From the NCBI RefSeq assembly GCF_009914755.1, contig NC_060937.1: a DNA stretch of 64,000 bases. The stretch is one strand, 5' to 3'. A model generated the notes under the pieces. That model saw only the letters and a program-made list of their open reading frames with translations, ran no database searches and was not told where the DNA came from. Each line of letters opens with the position of its first letter. Within the stretch, counting starts at the first letter, position 1. Source of the DNA: the human T2T-CHM13v2.0 reference genome, Homo sapiens. Position numbers and translations under genes: made by a program. Below, in pieces: positions 1 to 15,930 of this stretch.

Positions 1-1490
1 ACTTTCTCAGTTGCCTCATTTTATACATAGTAAGTATATCATATACCTAAAGTTATACTGTGTACTTCTTACATAGACATACCCATAGCTTAATATAGTG
101 GAATCCATAAGGCTTTAGTGAATAGTTGAGGAATTATAACATGATCATCATATCCAAGCCTGCAAGAATGATTATTTGGTTTAGATTTCTCATACTATCT
201 AATTTGGAATATTTAGAAGAGTGCCAAAAACAGTGTATATTGTGGGTTACTTATGAAAATATAGCTGTAAAAATATAATGTTGCAGGCCAGTATTAGTTA
301 CTGATGTTATTAAAAGATCATATCATTCCCATTAAATTAATAGGCAACTGGATTTTCTTTATAATTTTTGCTCAAACAGGAGAAATTTTTTTGAGAAAAG
401 ATGAGGAATGTTAATACTGAAAGTCAAACGTCAGCCTCTCTCAGTACAAATTCAAGTACTTTAAACACTTCCATGAAGACCTCCAGAAGATAGAAAATTA
501 TTATTATCAGAGGGCCATCCGTTATTGAGTACCCACATTTTCAGAAGTCGTCATCTGCTACCCAACCAAAAGTATTCCTTCAGTATTCCTATAGTAATTC
601 TTAAAAATTTTTGTCATTAGTTTGTCATTTTCCTTGTGAACTTCCTGGTCTTCCCCTTTACACTCTCACACTATTGAATCCACATTTTACTAACATCACA
701 TAAAGCACTCAAACTTCAGTATGGCTACTGTCTCCAGTGGATTTTGTTTCTTTCATATTATCAGCTGTCAGGAATATCTCCATATTATGGGTTCCGGTAT
801 CCTGTTACTTCCATTAGCTCCTGAGAAAGTCAAAAGTGAAAGGCAAACATTAAAAGATTCTCTGATTCAACAACATGAGAAGTCAAGCCAAAGTGAGGTA
901 GTGAGGTTCTTCATAACACTTAGTTACAGAACTGATGTGTTTTCCTTATTACACGCGGACTCTTTGACCCCTTAGTAACCTACATTAGGAGATCAGGATC
1001 CATACTTTTATCTATATTGGAACTTTATCCTAGGCTCCACCCCTTCCTTTTCTGCTCTGCTATATAACATTTTCTTTTTGTATTTTTCCTTTTTTTTCTG
1101 AGTAACACAGTTCCCAAAATCACACACTGATATTGTTTTTTCCAACTCTGAGTTCATAAAAATATTAATAGACTCCACAGGAATATAAAAGTAAAATCAT
1201 GCTTTTTAAATACATTGTTTGGCACTACTACCTGTGATTTCCATCTGGCATGCAGCTATTCTTCAAATATTTCAGTGCATGAAACAGCAGCTAGTTGTCT
1301 GAGTGGATAGTATTAGAATATTCTGGGTTGACGGGAAATTTAGAACAGAGAAGGGAGGTAGGGCAAGGGGAATTATTATGGATGGATGTTGAAAATTGTT
1401 TTTAAATGAAATAATCAAACAATGCATACCTTCTATAATAATATTCAATATGTACAATTGTTTATAAATAACGCTGACAAATATAATTAT

Positions 1491-2242
1491 TAAACCATCC
1501 CTGCATCCCTTGTATAACACTCACTTGCTTATGGTAGATTATCTCTGATATGTTGTTGGATTTGGTTAGCTAGTATTTTGTTAGGGTTTTTAGCATCTAT
1601 GTTCATCAGGAATATCGATCTGTAGCTGTCTTTTTGGCTATGTCCTTTCCTGGTTTTGGTATTAGGGTTATGCTGGCTTCATAGAATGAATTAGAGAGGG
1701 TTCCCTCTTCTCTGTCTTGTGGAATAGTGTCAAAAGGATTGGTACCAATTCTTCTTTGAATGTCTGGTAGAATTCTGCTGTGAATCGCTCTGGTCCTGGA
1801 CCTTTTTTTGTTGGTAGTTTTTAAATTACCATTTCAATCTCTCTGCTTGTTATTGGTCTGTTCAGGGTATCTAATTCTTCCTGATTTAAGCTAGGAAGGT
1901 TGTATTATTGCAGGAATTTATCCATCTCTTCTAGGTTTTCTAGTTCATGTGCATATTGGAGCCTTGAATGATCTTTGGTATTTCTGTGGTGTCAGTTGTA
2001 ACATCTCCCGTTTCATTTCTTATTGAGGTTATTTGGATTTTCCCTCTTCTTTTCTTGGTTAACCTTGCTAATGGTCTATCAGATTTATTTATCTTTTCCA
2101 AGATCCACCTTTTTGTTTCATTTATGTTTTGCATTTTTTAAATTTAAATTTCATTTAGTTCTGCTCTGATCTTGGTTACTTCCTTTATTCTGTTGGGTTT
2201 GGGTTTGGTTTTTTCTTGTTTCTCTAGTCCCTTGAGGTGTGA
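1491..2242 (-). mobile_element. L1PB1-like LINE-1, inverted 5' segment (ORF2 region)
   Basis: Reverse complement reads as L1 ORF2 (ORF 1940..2134: INETKRWILEKINKSDRPLARLTKKRR...). It begins immediately after the TSD copy AAATATAATTAT at 1479-1490. Confidence 0.93.
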
Positions 2243-4536
2243 TTCCACATAAATAGAATTAAAAGCAAAAATCATATGATCATCTCAATAGATGAAGGAA
2301 AGGCATTTGACAAAATCCAGCATCCCTTTATGATTAAAACTCTCAGCAAAATCAGCATACAAGAAACATACCTCAATGTAATAAAAGTCATCTATGACAA
2401 ATCCACAGCCAACATAATACTGAATGGGGAAAAGTTGAAAGCATTCCCTCTGAGAACTGGAACAAGACAAGGATGCCCACTTTCACCACTCCTCTTCAAC
2501 ATGGTATTGAAAGTCCTAGCCAGAGCAATCAGACAAGAGAAAGAAATAAAGGGCATCCGAATCGGTAAATAGGAAGTCAAATTGCCACTGTTTGCTGATG
2601 ATATGATTGTTTACCTTGAAAATGCAAAAGATTCCTCCAGAAAGCTCCTGGAACTAATAAAATAATTCCACAAAGTTTCCAGATACAAGATTAATCTACA
2701 CAAATCAGTATCTCTTCTATACACCAACAGTGACCAAGCAGAGAATCAAATCAGAACTCAACCTCATTTACAATAGCTACAAAAAAAAATTGAATACTTA
2801 GGAATATACCTAGCCAAGGATGTGAAAGACTTCTATAAGGAAAACTACAAAACACTGCTGAGGGAAATCATAGATGACACAAACAAATGGAAACACATCC
2901 TATGCTCATGGATGGGTAGAATGAATATTGTGAAAATGACCAGACTGCCAAAAGCAATCCACAAATTCAGTGTAATCCCCATCAAAATACCATGATCATT
3001 CTTCACAGAACTAGAAAAAACAATTCTAAGATTCATATGAAACCAAAAAAGACCCCACATAGCAAAAGCAAGACCAAGCAAAAAGAACAAATCTGGAGGC
3101 ATCACACTACCTGATTCAAACTACACTGTAAGGCCATAGTCACCAAAACAGCATGGTACTGGTATAAAAATAGGCACATAGACCAATGGAACAGAAGAGA
3201 GAACCCACAAATAAAATCAAATATTTACAGCCAGCTGATCTTCAAGAAAGCAAACAAAAACATAAAGTGGGGAAAGGACACCCTTTTCAACAAATAGTGC
3301 TGGGATAATTGGCTAACCACATGTAGGAGAATGAAACTGGATCCTCATCTCTCATCTTTTACAAAAATCAACTAAGGATGGATTAAGGACTTAAATCTAA
3401 GACCTAAAACTATAAAACTTCTGGAAGATAACATTGGAAAAACCCTTCTAAACATTGGCTTGTGCAAGGATTTCATGACCAAGAACCCAAAAGCAAATGC
3501 AATAAAAAAACTAAATAGCTGGGAGTTAATTAAACTAAAGAGCTTTTGCAGGGCAAAGGGAAGTTTCAGCAGAGTAAACAGACAACCCACAAAATGGAAG
3601 AAAATCTTTGCAATCTATACATCTGACAAAGGACTAATATTAAGAATCTACAATGAACTAGTCAAGTCAACAAAAAACAAACAAAAAATCCTATCAAAAA
3701 GTGGGCTAAGAACATAAACAGACAATTCTTAAAAGAGGGTATACAAATGGCCATCAAACGTATGAAAAAATACTCAACATCACTAATGATCAGGGAAATG
3801 CAAATCAAAACCAGAATGTGATATCACCTTACACCTGCAAGAATGGCCATAATCAAAAAACCAAACAGCAGTTGATGTTGGCGAGGATGTGGTGATCAGG
3901 GAACACTTCTACACCGTTGGTAGGAATGTAAACTAGTACAACCACTATGGAAAACAGTATGGAGATTCCTTAAAGAACTGAAAGAATTACCATTTGATCC
4001 AGCAATCTCACTACTGGGTATCTACCCAGAGGACAAGAAGTCATTATACAAAAAGAGATACTTGCATACGCATGTTATGGCAACACAATTTGCAATTGCA
4101 AAATCATGGAACCAACCCAAAAGCCCATCAATCAACCAGTGGATAAAGAAACTGGTATAAATATACAATGGAATACTACTCAGCCATAAAAAAGAATGAA
4201 TTAATGGCATCTGTAGTGACCTGGATGAGATTGGAGACTATTATTCTAAGTGAAGTAACTCAGGAATGGAAAACCAAACGTTGTATGTACTCACTGATAT
4301 ATAGGAGCTAAGCTATGAGGACACAAAGGTGTGAGAATGATACAATGGACTTTGGGGACTTGGGGGGAAGGATATGAGGGGGGCGAGGGATAAAAGACTA
4401 CAAATAGGGTGCAATGTATACTGCTCTGATGATGGGTGCACCAAAATCTCACAAATCACCACTAAAGAACTTACTCATGCAACCAAACACCACATGTACC
4501 CCAATAATCTATGGAAAAATAATATATATACATTAT
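2238..4536 (+). mobile_element. L1PB1-like LINE-1, 3' segment (ORF2 RT/C-terminus plus 3'UTR), disrupted
   Basis: Contains ORF2 RT motifs ([33 protein letters not shown]). The 3' end reads CAAATCACCACTAAAGAACTTACTCATG...CCCCAATAATCTATGGAAAAAT, typical of L1PB. Multiple stops are present. The second TSD copy is at 4537-4548. Confidence 0.95.
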
Positions 4537-6936
4537 AAATATAATTATGTTTCTATTATATTTGTAAACAATAATTTTTACCTACTTAAAATTTCTTAGG
4601 ACATTAATTAGATATAAAGTTAACAAATCTCTTTTGCTCCTTCTCCCATTCTCCCTACCTCAATTATAAGAGATTCTGTGTTTTAGGTTCCTAAATGCTA
4701 ATGCTGGTTGCTATACATTTTCTAATATTAGGAAGAATTTCCCACATATTAAACAATTTGTATAAACAAGACCGTAGAAATGTTTTAACATATGACTATG
4801 AGTCTTTCCAGTGATTAAGTTCCTAGGTACTAGAGTGGTCTTTATATGATGAGTTCTACTGTCTATGTCTCTGTTCCTTCTTCTTCCTGCTTAAACAAGT
4901 ATGAAACCTATATTCCATTTACTTAGTGTGGCTCTGGAAACATTCTTACTATCTGTTTTTTGAGGGTTTCCGGTGGTCCTAGTTAATCAGCCTCCCCAGA
5001 AGCAATGTTTTTTCTTTCAGGCTGCTTCCAGTCAAAGATGAGCCTTAGACATCATCTGGTGCTCAAGCAGTTTATTTTGGCAGCGCTCTTACAAGACAGA
5101 TAGCAGGAACAGGCCATGGCATTGGGCAGATACAACCAGGGTATCGGTTTACCCCCTGACCAGAAGCGTTTCTGTGCAGAGACCATTCTCAGAGTTTGGG
5201 GGTTCTTCCCCTTTTCTTATTCCTGTATTCAGTCCGGGTAAATAACCAGGTGTTTCTTACATAAAGAGGATGTAAGCTATAAGGGTAAGCTTTGCTGTAA
5301 GGTTTATGAGACTAGCATCTGTACTAAACTACACTTATCCGCTGGAACTCTGTGGTTCAGCATTGGAAATCGCCAGGCTAAGTTGCATTATATAGCTGAA
5401 TGAAACACAGTATTGGCCCTGCAAGTTGTTTGCATGGGTCTAATGGCTATCATTAATCTTATGTCTCTTATTGTATATTGGGGTCCACCCACTGACCCTG
5501 AAGGATTCAGTTATCAAGAGACTGCCCACCTGAACTTGAAAGAATACCCAATAGTCAGTTAAATCTTGAGAAGTGGAACTTGTGAGAGAGGGTGAGGAGG
5601 AGCCACAACATGAAGAATACCAAGAGGAAATAATAGAAAGCTCTGAACATTGGTGAAGATTTGGAGCTCATCTGCCTGGGTGAGTGGGTGGGCCACATTG
5701 AGGTCAAAGAGAATCAGGGGGAATGCGTGAGGCACGTTGGAGATGAGGCAATCAGGGAGACCCTTTCTGCATAGCTGCTAGTAGAGTTCATTCTAATAGC
5801 TGTGCAGTAATTGTGATTTCAATTTGCATTTATCTTATGCCTAATCAATTGAAATGGAATTTCTTATGTTTCAGGGCAGTTTGGATATCACTTAGGAAAT
5901 GACTTTCAATTTGTTGCTCAATTTTTTCTTTTGTTTCGAAAATTTTGAATAGATTTTACCTGTCACTTGTATATTTTAGATGAAGTCCTTTATTATATAA
6001 ATTAAATGCAAATATTTATAGCAGTCTGTAGATTACCTTTAGTTCTGATACATAGATGTCCCTAAGTTTCAGGTAGTCCAATTTGTCAAACTTTTTATTG
6101 TTAGTGCTTTATATGTAGTGAGTTAAGATATAGTTTCCTACAATATAAAGCCTTTATTCCAAGGCCACAGTATATATTTCTGCTTATGTAAATTAGAAAA
6201 TACTATCAATAATACTTCATAGATTTTTGTGCTAAAATTTCTAAATATTTTGTTAGGCAAATGAATACCTACATATTTATATTGTTCCTATAAATTATAT
6301 TGTTTTATTGCAGTTTATTTTCTACTGCTTGTTACTAGTATATGACAACACAAATATCCTAGTTGAAAAAAAAGCAGCTTTAGTAAACTTAATTCTAAAG
6401 TTTACCTATACATTAGTTTGTATTTTTAATATGCACAATGAAATCAACTCAATTTTTTCTCTACAATCATTATATATTTTATTTATTTTTATTCTTTTTT
6501 TATTTTGCATTGGTAGGGACCTTCAGCCTAGTAGAAATGTGGAGGGAAGCAAGGTTTATTTTATTTCCAATCTCAGTGAATGCCTCTATTTTTTTTATAC
6601 TAAATGTGATGTTTGCTGTATACATTTTTCTAGATACTCTATGAGATTGATACAGTTCTATTCTACTTATAATTTGCAAAGATATTTACCATGTATTAAA
6701 TGTTATAATAGTTTTGAAATTTATTAAGATAATATGATATTTTTTAAATTTCAGATATTTTAAAATATTAAACCAATTTTTATCAATTTGGTTGAATGTA
6801 ATATATATTGTAGATGGGATTTATTTTCCGGAGAATGTTTGCAACTGTGTTTCATAGTATTTTTTTCTGCAAATGTTCAATTTTATCTAAATTTTTAAAA
6901 ATTTGTGGGAAAAAATAGTTTATAATATTCTTATAT

Positions 6937-7423
6937 TGTTACAAAAATGCCAGGGAGTTCAGTCTAGGTACTGCTGCTCACTGCACAAAAAGCCAAACAC
7001 TGAAACAATGAGTATTGCCAGAGAAGAAGGTTTTAATCAGGTGCTACAGCTGAGGAGATGGGAGATTAGTCTAAACTCATCTCCCTGACAGACTACAATT
7101 AGGAGTTTATATAGCAGTGAAGAAATAGAACTACGTGTGGGAAAACATGAACTACAGAGGAGTAAGCAAGAAGAGGAGTGGGTCAACAAGACGCAGATGG
7201 TTGGTTAGGAAGCAATCAAAGCAAATGAGGGGTTTGGCATCTCTTTGCCTGGTTATGGTGTCTGGTGAGTTTCAGTTCTTTGATACTTTTTGAGGGAACT
7301 GAGAGTCCTTTCCTGAGGAAGGAACTCAGATAAAACAAAGGTAAGTTTCAAGCTTTAAGACCAGAAAGGTCAATTGCTATGTTTATCAAAAAAGCCGTAT
7401 ATGGGACTATTAGGTCAGTTTCA
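6937..7423 (-). mobile_element. ERV1-class solo LTR (LTR47-like, subfamily tentative)
   Basis: TG...CA termini, 487 bp, and a 4-bp TSD ATAT (6933-6936 and 7424-7427). A 4-bp TSD is typical of class I ERVs. Confidence 0.8.
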
Positions 7424-7787
7424 ATATTATCTTTTTAGTGTCTATGAAGTCTATAATGATATCTTGTTTTAACTCCTGAATTTGGAAATTGTGTCTTCTC
7501 TAATTTTTCCTTAGTCAGTCTTACCAGGCTTCATCAATTTTATTACTCTGTTAAGAGAACCACAACTGAGTTGCTGATATTTTCTAATACATATTTGTAT
7601 CCTATGCTGTATTAATTTAATCTATTGTAATTATTATATCTTTATTTCTACTTTCATTGCATTTAATTTGCTTTCAGTTGTCTAATTTTTGAAGATGGAT
7701 ACTTTATTACTAATTTTCAGACTTTATTTTCTATAGGGGATACATATATTTGTATACACATATCCCTATATATCCATACATATATTC

Positions 7788-7790
<3 letters not shown>

Positions 7791-7817
<27 letters not shown>
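7791..7817. repeat. (CA)n microsatellite
   Basis: Directly visible CA run. Confidence 0.95.
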
Positions 7818-7818
<1 letters not shown>

Positions 7819-9381
7819 ACTTTAAGGGTAACTTTTGGAGTAGTATACATGTTCTAAGTTATATTTTATTAAATATACATTCAAAATATTTTTCTAATTT
7901 TAATTCTTTACCAATGAGATTTTAGACACATATATCTTCATTTCCAAACATATATAGATTTTGTTTTTAGTTATCTTTTAAAAATTTGATTTCTATATTG
8001 ATTTTAGTGGATAAGAATACGTACTTTATATGTTGTAATCCTTTGAAACATATTGAGACTTGCTATGTGACCCAGAATAACAACAAAAGTGAGTTTAGCA
8101 GTTTTTGGAAACAGACTTTGTGTGCATATAGTCACTTAGTACTTAGCTCAATTTTGTTTTTCATTCTTTCTTAATGGCTATATAATGCTTAGAGATGATT
8201 TGCTAGAGATATATGTTAAATAAGATTATACAATTCTTATTATTTCTTTTTAATTTTTGCTTATATATTTTAAGATTTAGTTACTCCGCATATTTTCTTC
8301 TACCTTTGTTTCAGTTCATTAATTTCCTTATCAATTATATCTGATGAATAATGAAACCTATTCATTAAGTGCTTACTTTCAGTTTTTTTATTTTTACTTC
8401 TATAATGTCAACTTATTATGTTTAAAATTATAGTTCTCTGTTGAAAATCATTAGCTTGCCTTTTAATTTTGATCACATTAGTAAAAGTAATTTTAAAATA
8501 TTAGTCGAGCTTACTCAATACCTGTACCCACTGTAAATTTGATATTATTTTTCCACTCTCTTTCTGTGTTTAGGCATGTTAAATTAGTGTGGAATATTTT
8601 GTATTAAAAATTCTAGAGACAATTTGAAACTTTATATTTTATTATATTTTTCATACAGATGATTTACTAAAAGAACTTAGGGTGAGGTAAGATGGCCTTA
8701 AACAAATGAGAACCTGTGTTAAAGGTTTTAAAGTTGAGTTTTAAAACTAATGTGGAGTTGGATTTTTTTAAATAAAGCCAGATAAAAGCATTAGTTTAGC
8801 TCCATCCAGGAGATTAATTTGTTTTCCACAATAAAACTAACAAATTCAGATAGCAACTTTTACCAATCTCCACTTGATGTCTCCTCATTTTGTACCTTAG
8901 GACTATGTATTTTTGTGTCTAGCATGCTTCTTTATCAAAATGTGGCATATTTGTCACTTCATATATTTGCCTTTTTCAGAATTCAAACAAGTCTCTTAGT
9001 TGTTTATAAGTTATAAACAGCCTAGTGTGGTGATTTAGTAATTGGATTCACTAATTTATACACGACTTTCTAGTCCAGTCTAAAACATCTACAACTTATT
9101 CTGATTATTGCTCCATTATTGAAGATAACTGCCTGAATGTTACATATCCAACAAATGTGTCTGTACAATCTAAACAAGTTAACCACTTCGGGACAAGTGG
9201 AACAATCAAATATTCAATTAGGAAAAAAAAATGTTGGTTATCAAAATTTGGCCAAGCTAATCTATAGGATTAATTCTTTTAGGTGAGTGTACACCAATAA
9301 AACAAAACAAAACTAAATAAAAATAAGTTTCTGAATGTTGCCTAATATATTTGTGATTGTACAAATAATTTTTGCCTTCCT

Positions 9382-10468
<1,087 letters not shown>

Positions 10469-11159
10469 AATAATTTTTGCCTTCCTCTGCTTTGTGATAT
10501 ACAGGTGATTAAACATTTATTTCCTTTGATAACTTGTATCTGTCATCCAGCAGATGGTATGTCATAAAAAGACTTCAGCCTCCATGGTCAATTTGGCTCC
10601 TCTGGGACCCGAGTTTGACCCAAAGGAAAGACTGAGGGATTACTATGAGGGAAACGGCACAATCCTGGCTTACCTAGCAGAGATGGTAACAGATGGGTAC
10701 CAGTGCCCATTACCCAGAGATAAACAAAACATGTAGCTTTTATAGTTGAAATCACAATTTTTTTTTGAAACACTGCAGATTATTGAAATTGCTTTCCCTA
10801 ATAACTGTGTTGATCTACTTTAGAGCAGGCTGCTAAGCCCTGGTGGTTTTTTATCAGGGCTTAGAAAAAGAAATGTAAACAAACACAAGAACACAACAGA
10901 ACACAGCTCATTGTCCCACAGGCCGTTTTGTAAACTCTGCTTTGCTTTTGTTCACTTACTATTATATAACTGATAATTTACCTTGTATATAAAGAAATTC
11001 AGCTGTATGTTCTACTAAACTAATTCTGGATTATTTTTTGACAAGTTGGATACGAACTAAATCAAGCTTCTAGAGTTAATGTCACCTAACACAAAACAGA
11101 AGGTAGAAGAACAAATGACATCAATCAATAAATAAAATTATAAAATATGAGAAATCTAA

Positions 11160-11495
11160 AAGAGAATTGGTCTGGACTTCGCAACAATCAATAGTAGAAA
11201 CTAAAAGCAAGGAAGGGTACTTTATTCCACGCCAAGAGACTTACGTTGTACAATAACCAAACATAATGGGAATACCTTATATGGGTTCGGATTAAAACAA
11301 CAACCATAGAAATTAATTGTATTGAGATTATTGGGGACATTTAATTATGGTTTAGTTATTACATGTCAGCAAAGAAGTATTATAAATATTTAAATGATTT
11401 GATAATTGTTGCATTTGGGTTATAAATGTATAGTGGTTAATTTTATACTGTTTTCTCAGCTTTTGACTGGAAATTTTCATAATTATATTAATTTT
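11160..11495 (+). mobile_element. Old L1MC/ME-type 3' end fragment
   Basis: Degenerate motifs AGAGACTTA...ACAATAACCAAA and TATACTGTTTTCTCAGCTTTTG...GAAATTTTCATAAT. Confidence 0.5.
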
Positions 11496-13689
11496 AAAAA
11501 TTAATGTCAGTGTGCCTATACTTCTTAAAATTCTTCAATAGATTTTCAGAAATACTTCTGAAAATTTCAAACTTCTTCATCTTCAAATAAGGTCTTTTAT
11601 GAAATCTTAATATAAGTTCTTACTTGTCTGATTTCACCACTCACTCTTACACAGTCACTCAAACAAAACTGCTTGAAGTTTCACAAAACGTCATTATATG
11701 TCACAGCTGTTTGCCATGGCACAGGTTGTACTCTCCATCTGGCATGTCTCTACCTTTTTTTTTAATACTATTTAAGAGCATGTATTAGGATTATTACAAT
11801 CTTGCTACAAGGGAAATAACCTCTGACGGAATAGTAGAAAAATTCACTCTTAGTTTGGACATTTTATAGAAAAAAGAGAATGTTACATAATAATCATTAG
11901 ATGGACAAGAAAATGTATATCTAGGTAAAGACTTTTAGATTTTGAGTAAGACATATATGACAATCACTTGTGCAGCTGTATGGAGGTAATATCCATTGTG
12001 TAAAATTTTGCATTTATGTAAATTTTGCATTTATATAAAGCAACTGGCAAATTCTGTGTCAGTTCAAGAGTTACCCTGATCTAAAATATTTGCTTTGTTT
12101 CCAATTTCATAGGCATTTCTTTCTTTGTGCTCCAATGACCTCATGCTTACTTCAGGACACCTTACTTGTTAATTTCCTTTATTTTCTTCTGCAGATTATA
12201 ATTAGTTTGAAGGCCTGGATAATTTGCTTTGATGACTTATAACATTGAACCTGGCAGAAGAGCTGACTTACTCTACATACTACATAGGCATTTGGGAGAT
12301 TATTTTTGAATTGAATGACTTAGTTATTTAGAGGTTAATAATAGTGTGAGGATATATACGTATATTTCAGCTAATATTTTTGTCTATTAAAATGTCAATT
12401 TTCAATAATTGACAATTAAAATCTTTTTATGTATATTCTCCTTGTAGTGAGTAACTCTGGTATTCTTTTAAAGATAATCAGGACTATGCTGGCTCTGAAA
12501 GTTTATCTTGGCCTTTGCATATTTTATTGCAAAAGCAGTTCAAAAGCACAGTCATTAATATACACCAGTTCCGGGCTTCCATCTCAAAAGCTTTGATAAT
12601 ACTTAGGTCTTTGAGTTGTAAAAATTCCCTAGGGAACTGGAAATACATTCTTATGATGGCTTCTTGATCTTTTATTGTATCCTCAAGCAAAGACCAAAAA
12701 GAGGATTGAATAAAGATAAAAACTACTGCAAAGAATACTTCACTTCATTGATAATAAATAACATGTTAGGCAGAATTGAACAGTACCTACTACTCATGAC
12801 TACCTGACTAGAAGACTCAAAACTGAAATGAAGAGAGAAATAAATTTCAAACTGATCAGACATCTTTAATCACTAGATCTAGGGAAATTTAAGGTAATAG
12901 CTTATGATTTCCACCCGGAGGATCATTAGAAGAAAATGTCTTTATAAATACAAAATAGTTGTTCATAAAATATCAGAAAATATGTTTTTCAAAGTAACTG
13001 ATAACAGAGTAAATGAAAGGTAACACCTGCAAGGCATTGTCCTTTTTGATATATGAAGGATTACACAGTTTATGCAGCAATTGTGGTACAATAACTGTAG
13101 CTTTATCTTTTTAGAAAGGAAACTGAAATAGATTACATGGAGAGAAAGTAACTTGTTCAAGAGAATAAACAGTGGTTATGGGTTTCAAATCCAACATTCA
13201 TACTCTAGATCTTTTCTTCTGAATTAATATTTTATGTATTATAGACTGTCAATCTCCATAATTGTCAAGAAAATCTATTTAACCCAATTCAACATTTATC
13301 TTGAGAGGGATATGGAAAGAATCCTTAATCAGGTTTACTTGATTATGGACACATTCTATGACTATGGGCCTCTTCTCAGAGGATGCTAATATGTCTGATT
13401 TATGTTTATCTTTTTCTTCTTTCTTAAAGTTCAAATCCCATTCAAATTTCAATATGTAACTTAAAAACCACCACATAATTCATTAAATGTAAGTAGTATC
13501 TCCTTGCTTTAAACCATCGTATTACTTTCTCCATAACTTTACTGGGACACATAATAACTTGCAAGATAATAAAAATGATTACAAAAGTAAACAAAAAAGT
13601 AATTTTTAAAAGTAAAGAAAAAAATGTTATTTTTAAAATGTTAAAAGAGCACAAAATTGTTGCTCCTAAAAATATATAAAGGTCCAAAC

Positions 13690-13860
13690 ACTGACTCTGC
13701 AATTTGCTAATCATGTAAACTTGGTCTTAACCCATCTGCACCTTGGTTTCCTCATCTTTAAAATAAGCCTTATAGCCTGACTGCATAAGATTATGAAATG
13801 TGATAGTTTCTACAAAGTGTATAGCACAAAATCCAAAACACTGTAAGAGCTGAATACATG
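13690..13860 (+). mobile_element. MIR fragment
   Basis: MIR core-like TTAACCCATCTGCACCTTGGTTTCCTCATCTTTAAAAT. Confidence 0.6.
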
Positions 13861-14268
13861 AACTTCATCTGAGGATCTGGAGACTCAACTCTTGTCTTCA
13901 CTTTGTCACTGCCTTTAGAATTTTGGCATTCTAAGTTTTTAAGTTACATATTGAAATTTGTTATAACTTCCCATTGTACATTTATCCATTCAATCAATAT
14001 TTATTGGATGTCTATCACGTATAAAACTCTGTGCTCAGATTTAGGAAAATACTTCTGTATAAATGAGATGGGAATACAGTTACACAAAAATCTTCACGGA
14101 AAATGGCCCCTGTCTTACTGTCTAGATTCAGTCCAAATGAATTGTGACAGTTTACCAAAAGATAGATCAATCTACCAATGTATAATGAAAAAACTTAAAG
14201 TCTTGGAAAAATTATACTAAACAGCAAAAAAGCAGGAATAAACTTGGTAGAGATAATACAAACTGTGA

Positions 14269-14725
<457 letters not shown>

Positions 14726-14919
14726 AATTGTTTTGATTTTTAAAACTAAGTTAAATAACTTTTGTGCTCACTCATAAAAAGAATAAAGTGATATATAGTG
14801 AACAATGACCCCCAAAGCATCACTGCAGTCAATATAATAACAAGTTTCATTAGATGGTTTTTAGAACTCTCTCTCAAATAAACTGGTGACATAATGTATT
14901 ATGAGAGTTTAATAATTGC

Positions 14920-15040
14920 AATTCTATGCTGAACTAGTCTTTGACCTTAGGTAAATTACTTTCGCTTCTGTGAGTCATTTCTCCAATCTTTAAAAAGAAA
15001 GGCTGAACTAGATAATTTCTTAGGCCTTTTCAGTCCAAAA
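14920..15040 (+). mobile_element. MIR (MIR3/MIRc-like) fragment
   Basis: TGACCTTAGGTAAATTACTT...TGAACTAGATAATTTCTTAGGCCTTTTCAG. Confidence 0.55.
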
Positions 15041-15411
15041 TATATTTAATACATTTTGTATAATTAACTTTCCACACTTGCTACCCTACATCAACATGTA
15101 TTCAGTGAAAAGGAGACTAAGCAGCACTGCATTATGCCACTTTTAAACCATTTTGCCCACAGAATCATTTCTTCCAAACAAATTTGGTTCAAATAACATA
15201 GAAATAGATAAATGGAGATATAGAAGCAAGGCTGGTCTGGTTGCAGTTGGAGTGGAGGTCCCAGACCTCAGCTTCTCCTGCTGCCAACAGTTCTGCACAT
15301 CTGCCTTCAAGCTAATTCTACGAACACTAGGGCACCAAAGAACAAATCTGGAAAGTAACTGTAATGAAAGGAGCACACAGGCATTGAATGCAGACCTTCC
15401 AGATTTAAATA

Positions 15412-15731
15412 CAGTTGGACCTTTTGTAACCATTCTACATTACTGGATTCAATCAATTATGGATCAAAAATATTTAAAAAAATTTGAGCCTGTATTGAAT
15501 ATATACTGACTTTTTCTTTTAATTATTCTCTAAATAATACAGTATAACAACTTTTTACAAAACATCTCCATTGTATTAGGTATTATAAGTAATTAGGATT
15601 TAAAATATAGTATATGGGAGGATGTGCACAGGTTATATGTAAATACGATGCCATTTTATATCAGGGATGTAAGCATCCACAGATTTTTGTATCCATAGGA
15701 GGTCCTGTAACCAACCAACCATGGAGACTGT
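15412..15731. mobile_element. MER2 (TcMar-Tigger MITE)
   Basis: TA-CAGTTGG start, GGATTCAATCAA..GGATCAAAAATATTT, TACAGTATAACAAC, and a GAGGTCCTG..ACCAA end, as in MER2. Confidence 0.85.
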
Positions 15732-15774
15732 TGGAACACTACACTAAATTTAACACTCATTAGCTGTGTGAAGG

Positions 15775-15930
15775 CATGTCCAGGTTCAGTAACATTTCAA
15801 ACAATCTGGGAGGATCTTCTTTTAAGAAAAAAAAATACAGGACCATAAACACAAAAATAGGCACAGCACCTTAAAAGAAGTGGGATAACAGAGGGGTCCT
15901 GAAGCTTATCTGAATGACTTTGTATGATGA
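15775..15930. mobile_element. MER53-like hAT MITE inserted in a MIR (about 15750-16035)
   Basis: CTTTTAAGAAAAAAAAATACA...CACAAAAATAGG...GGGGTCCTGAAGCTTA, flanked by MIR halves (TAGCTGTGTGA / CTCAGTTTCCTCAGCT). Confidence 0.6.

Larger units (their letters stand above)
5780..8500 (-). mobile_element. Ancient L1M (L1ME-like) fragments, interrupted by an LTR
   Basis: T-rich degenerate antisense L1 motifs (TTGTGATTTCAATTTGCATTT, TCATCAATTTTATTA, TTGAGACTTGCTATGTGACCCAG). Boundaries are approximate. Confidence 0.6.

Noticed and set aside
4950-5770. Moderately GC-rich block with faint MLT1/ERVL-LTR-like motifs
   Set aside because: I could not assign termini or family with confidence, and there is no ORF or exon evidence.
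10554-10736. 60-aa ATG-initiated ORF with protein-like composition (MVCHKK...RDKQNM)
   Set aside because: No recognisable family, promoter or exon context. ORFs of this size occur by chance in 64 kb.
11542-11565. Perfect 10-bp inverted repeat ATTTTCAGAA-atac-TTCTGAAAAT (also a 7-bp stem near 21315-21333)
   Set aside because: Too short for a miRNA or MITE, and plausible by chance in AT-rich DNA.
12484-12690. 68-aa minus-strand ORF (MLEDTIKDQ...)
   Set aside because: Starts at TTG rather than ATG, with no recognisable homology and no pseudogene hallmarks (poly(A), TSD).
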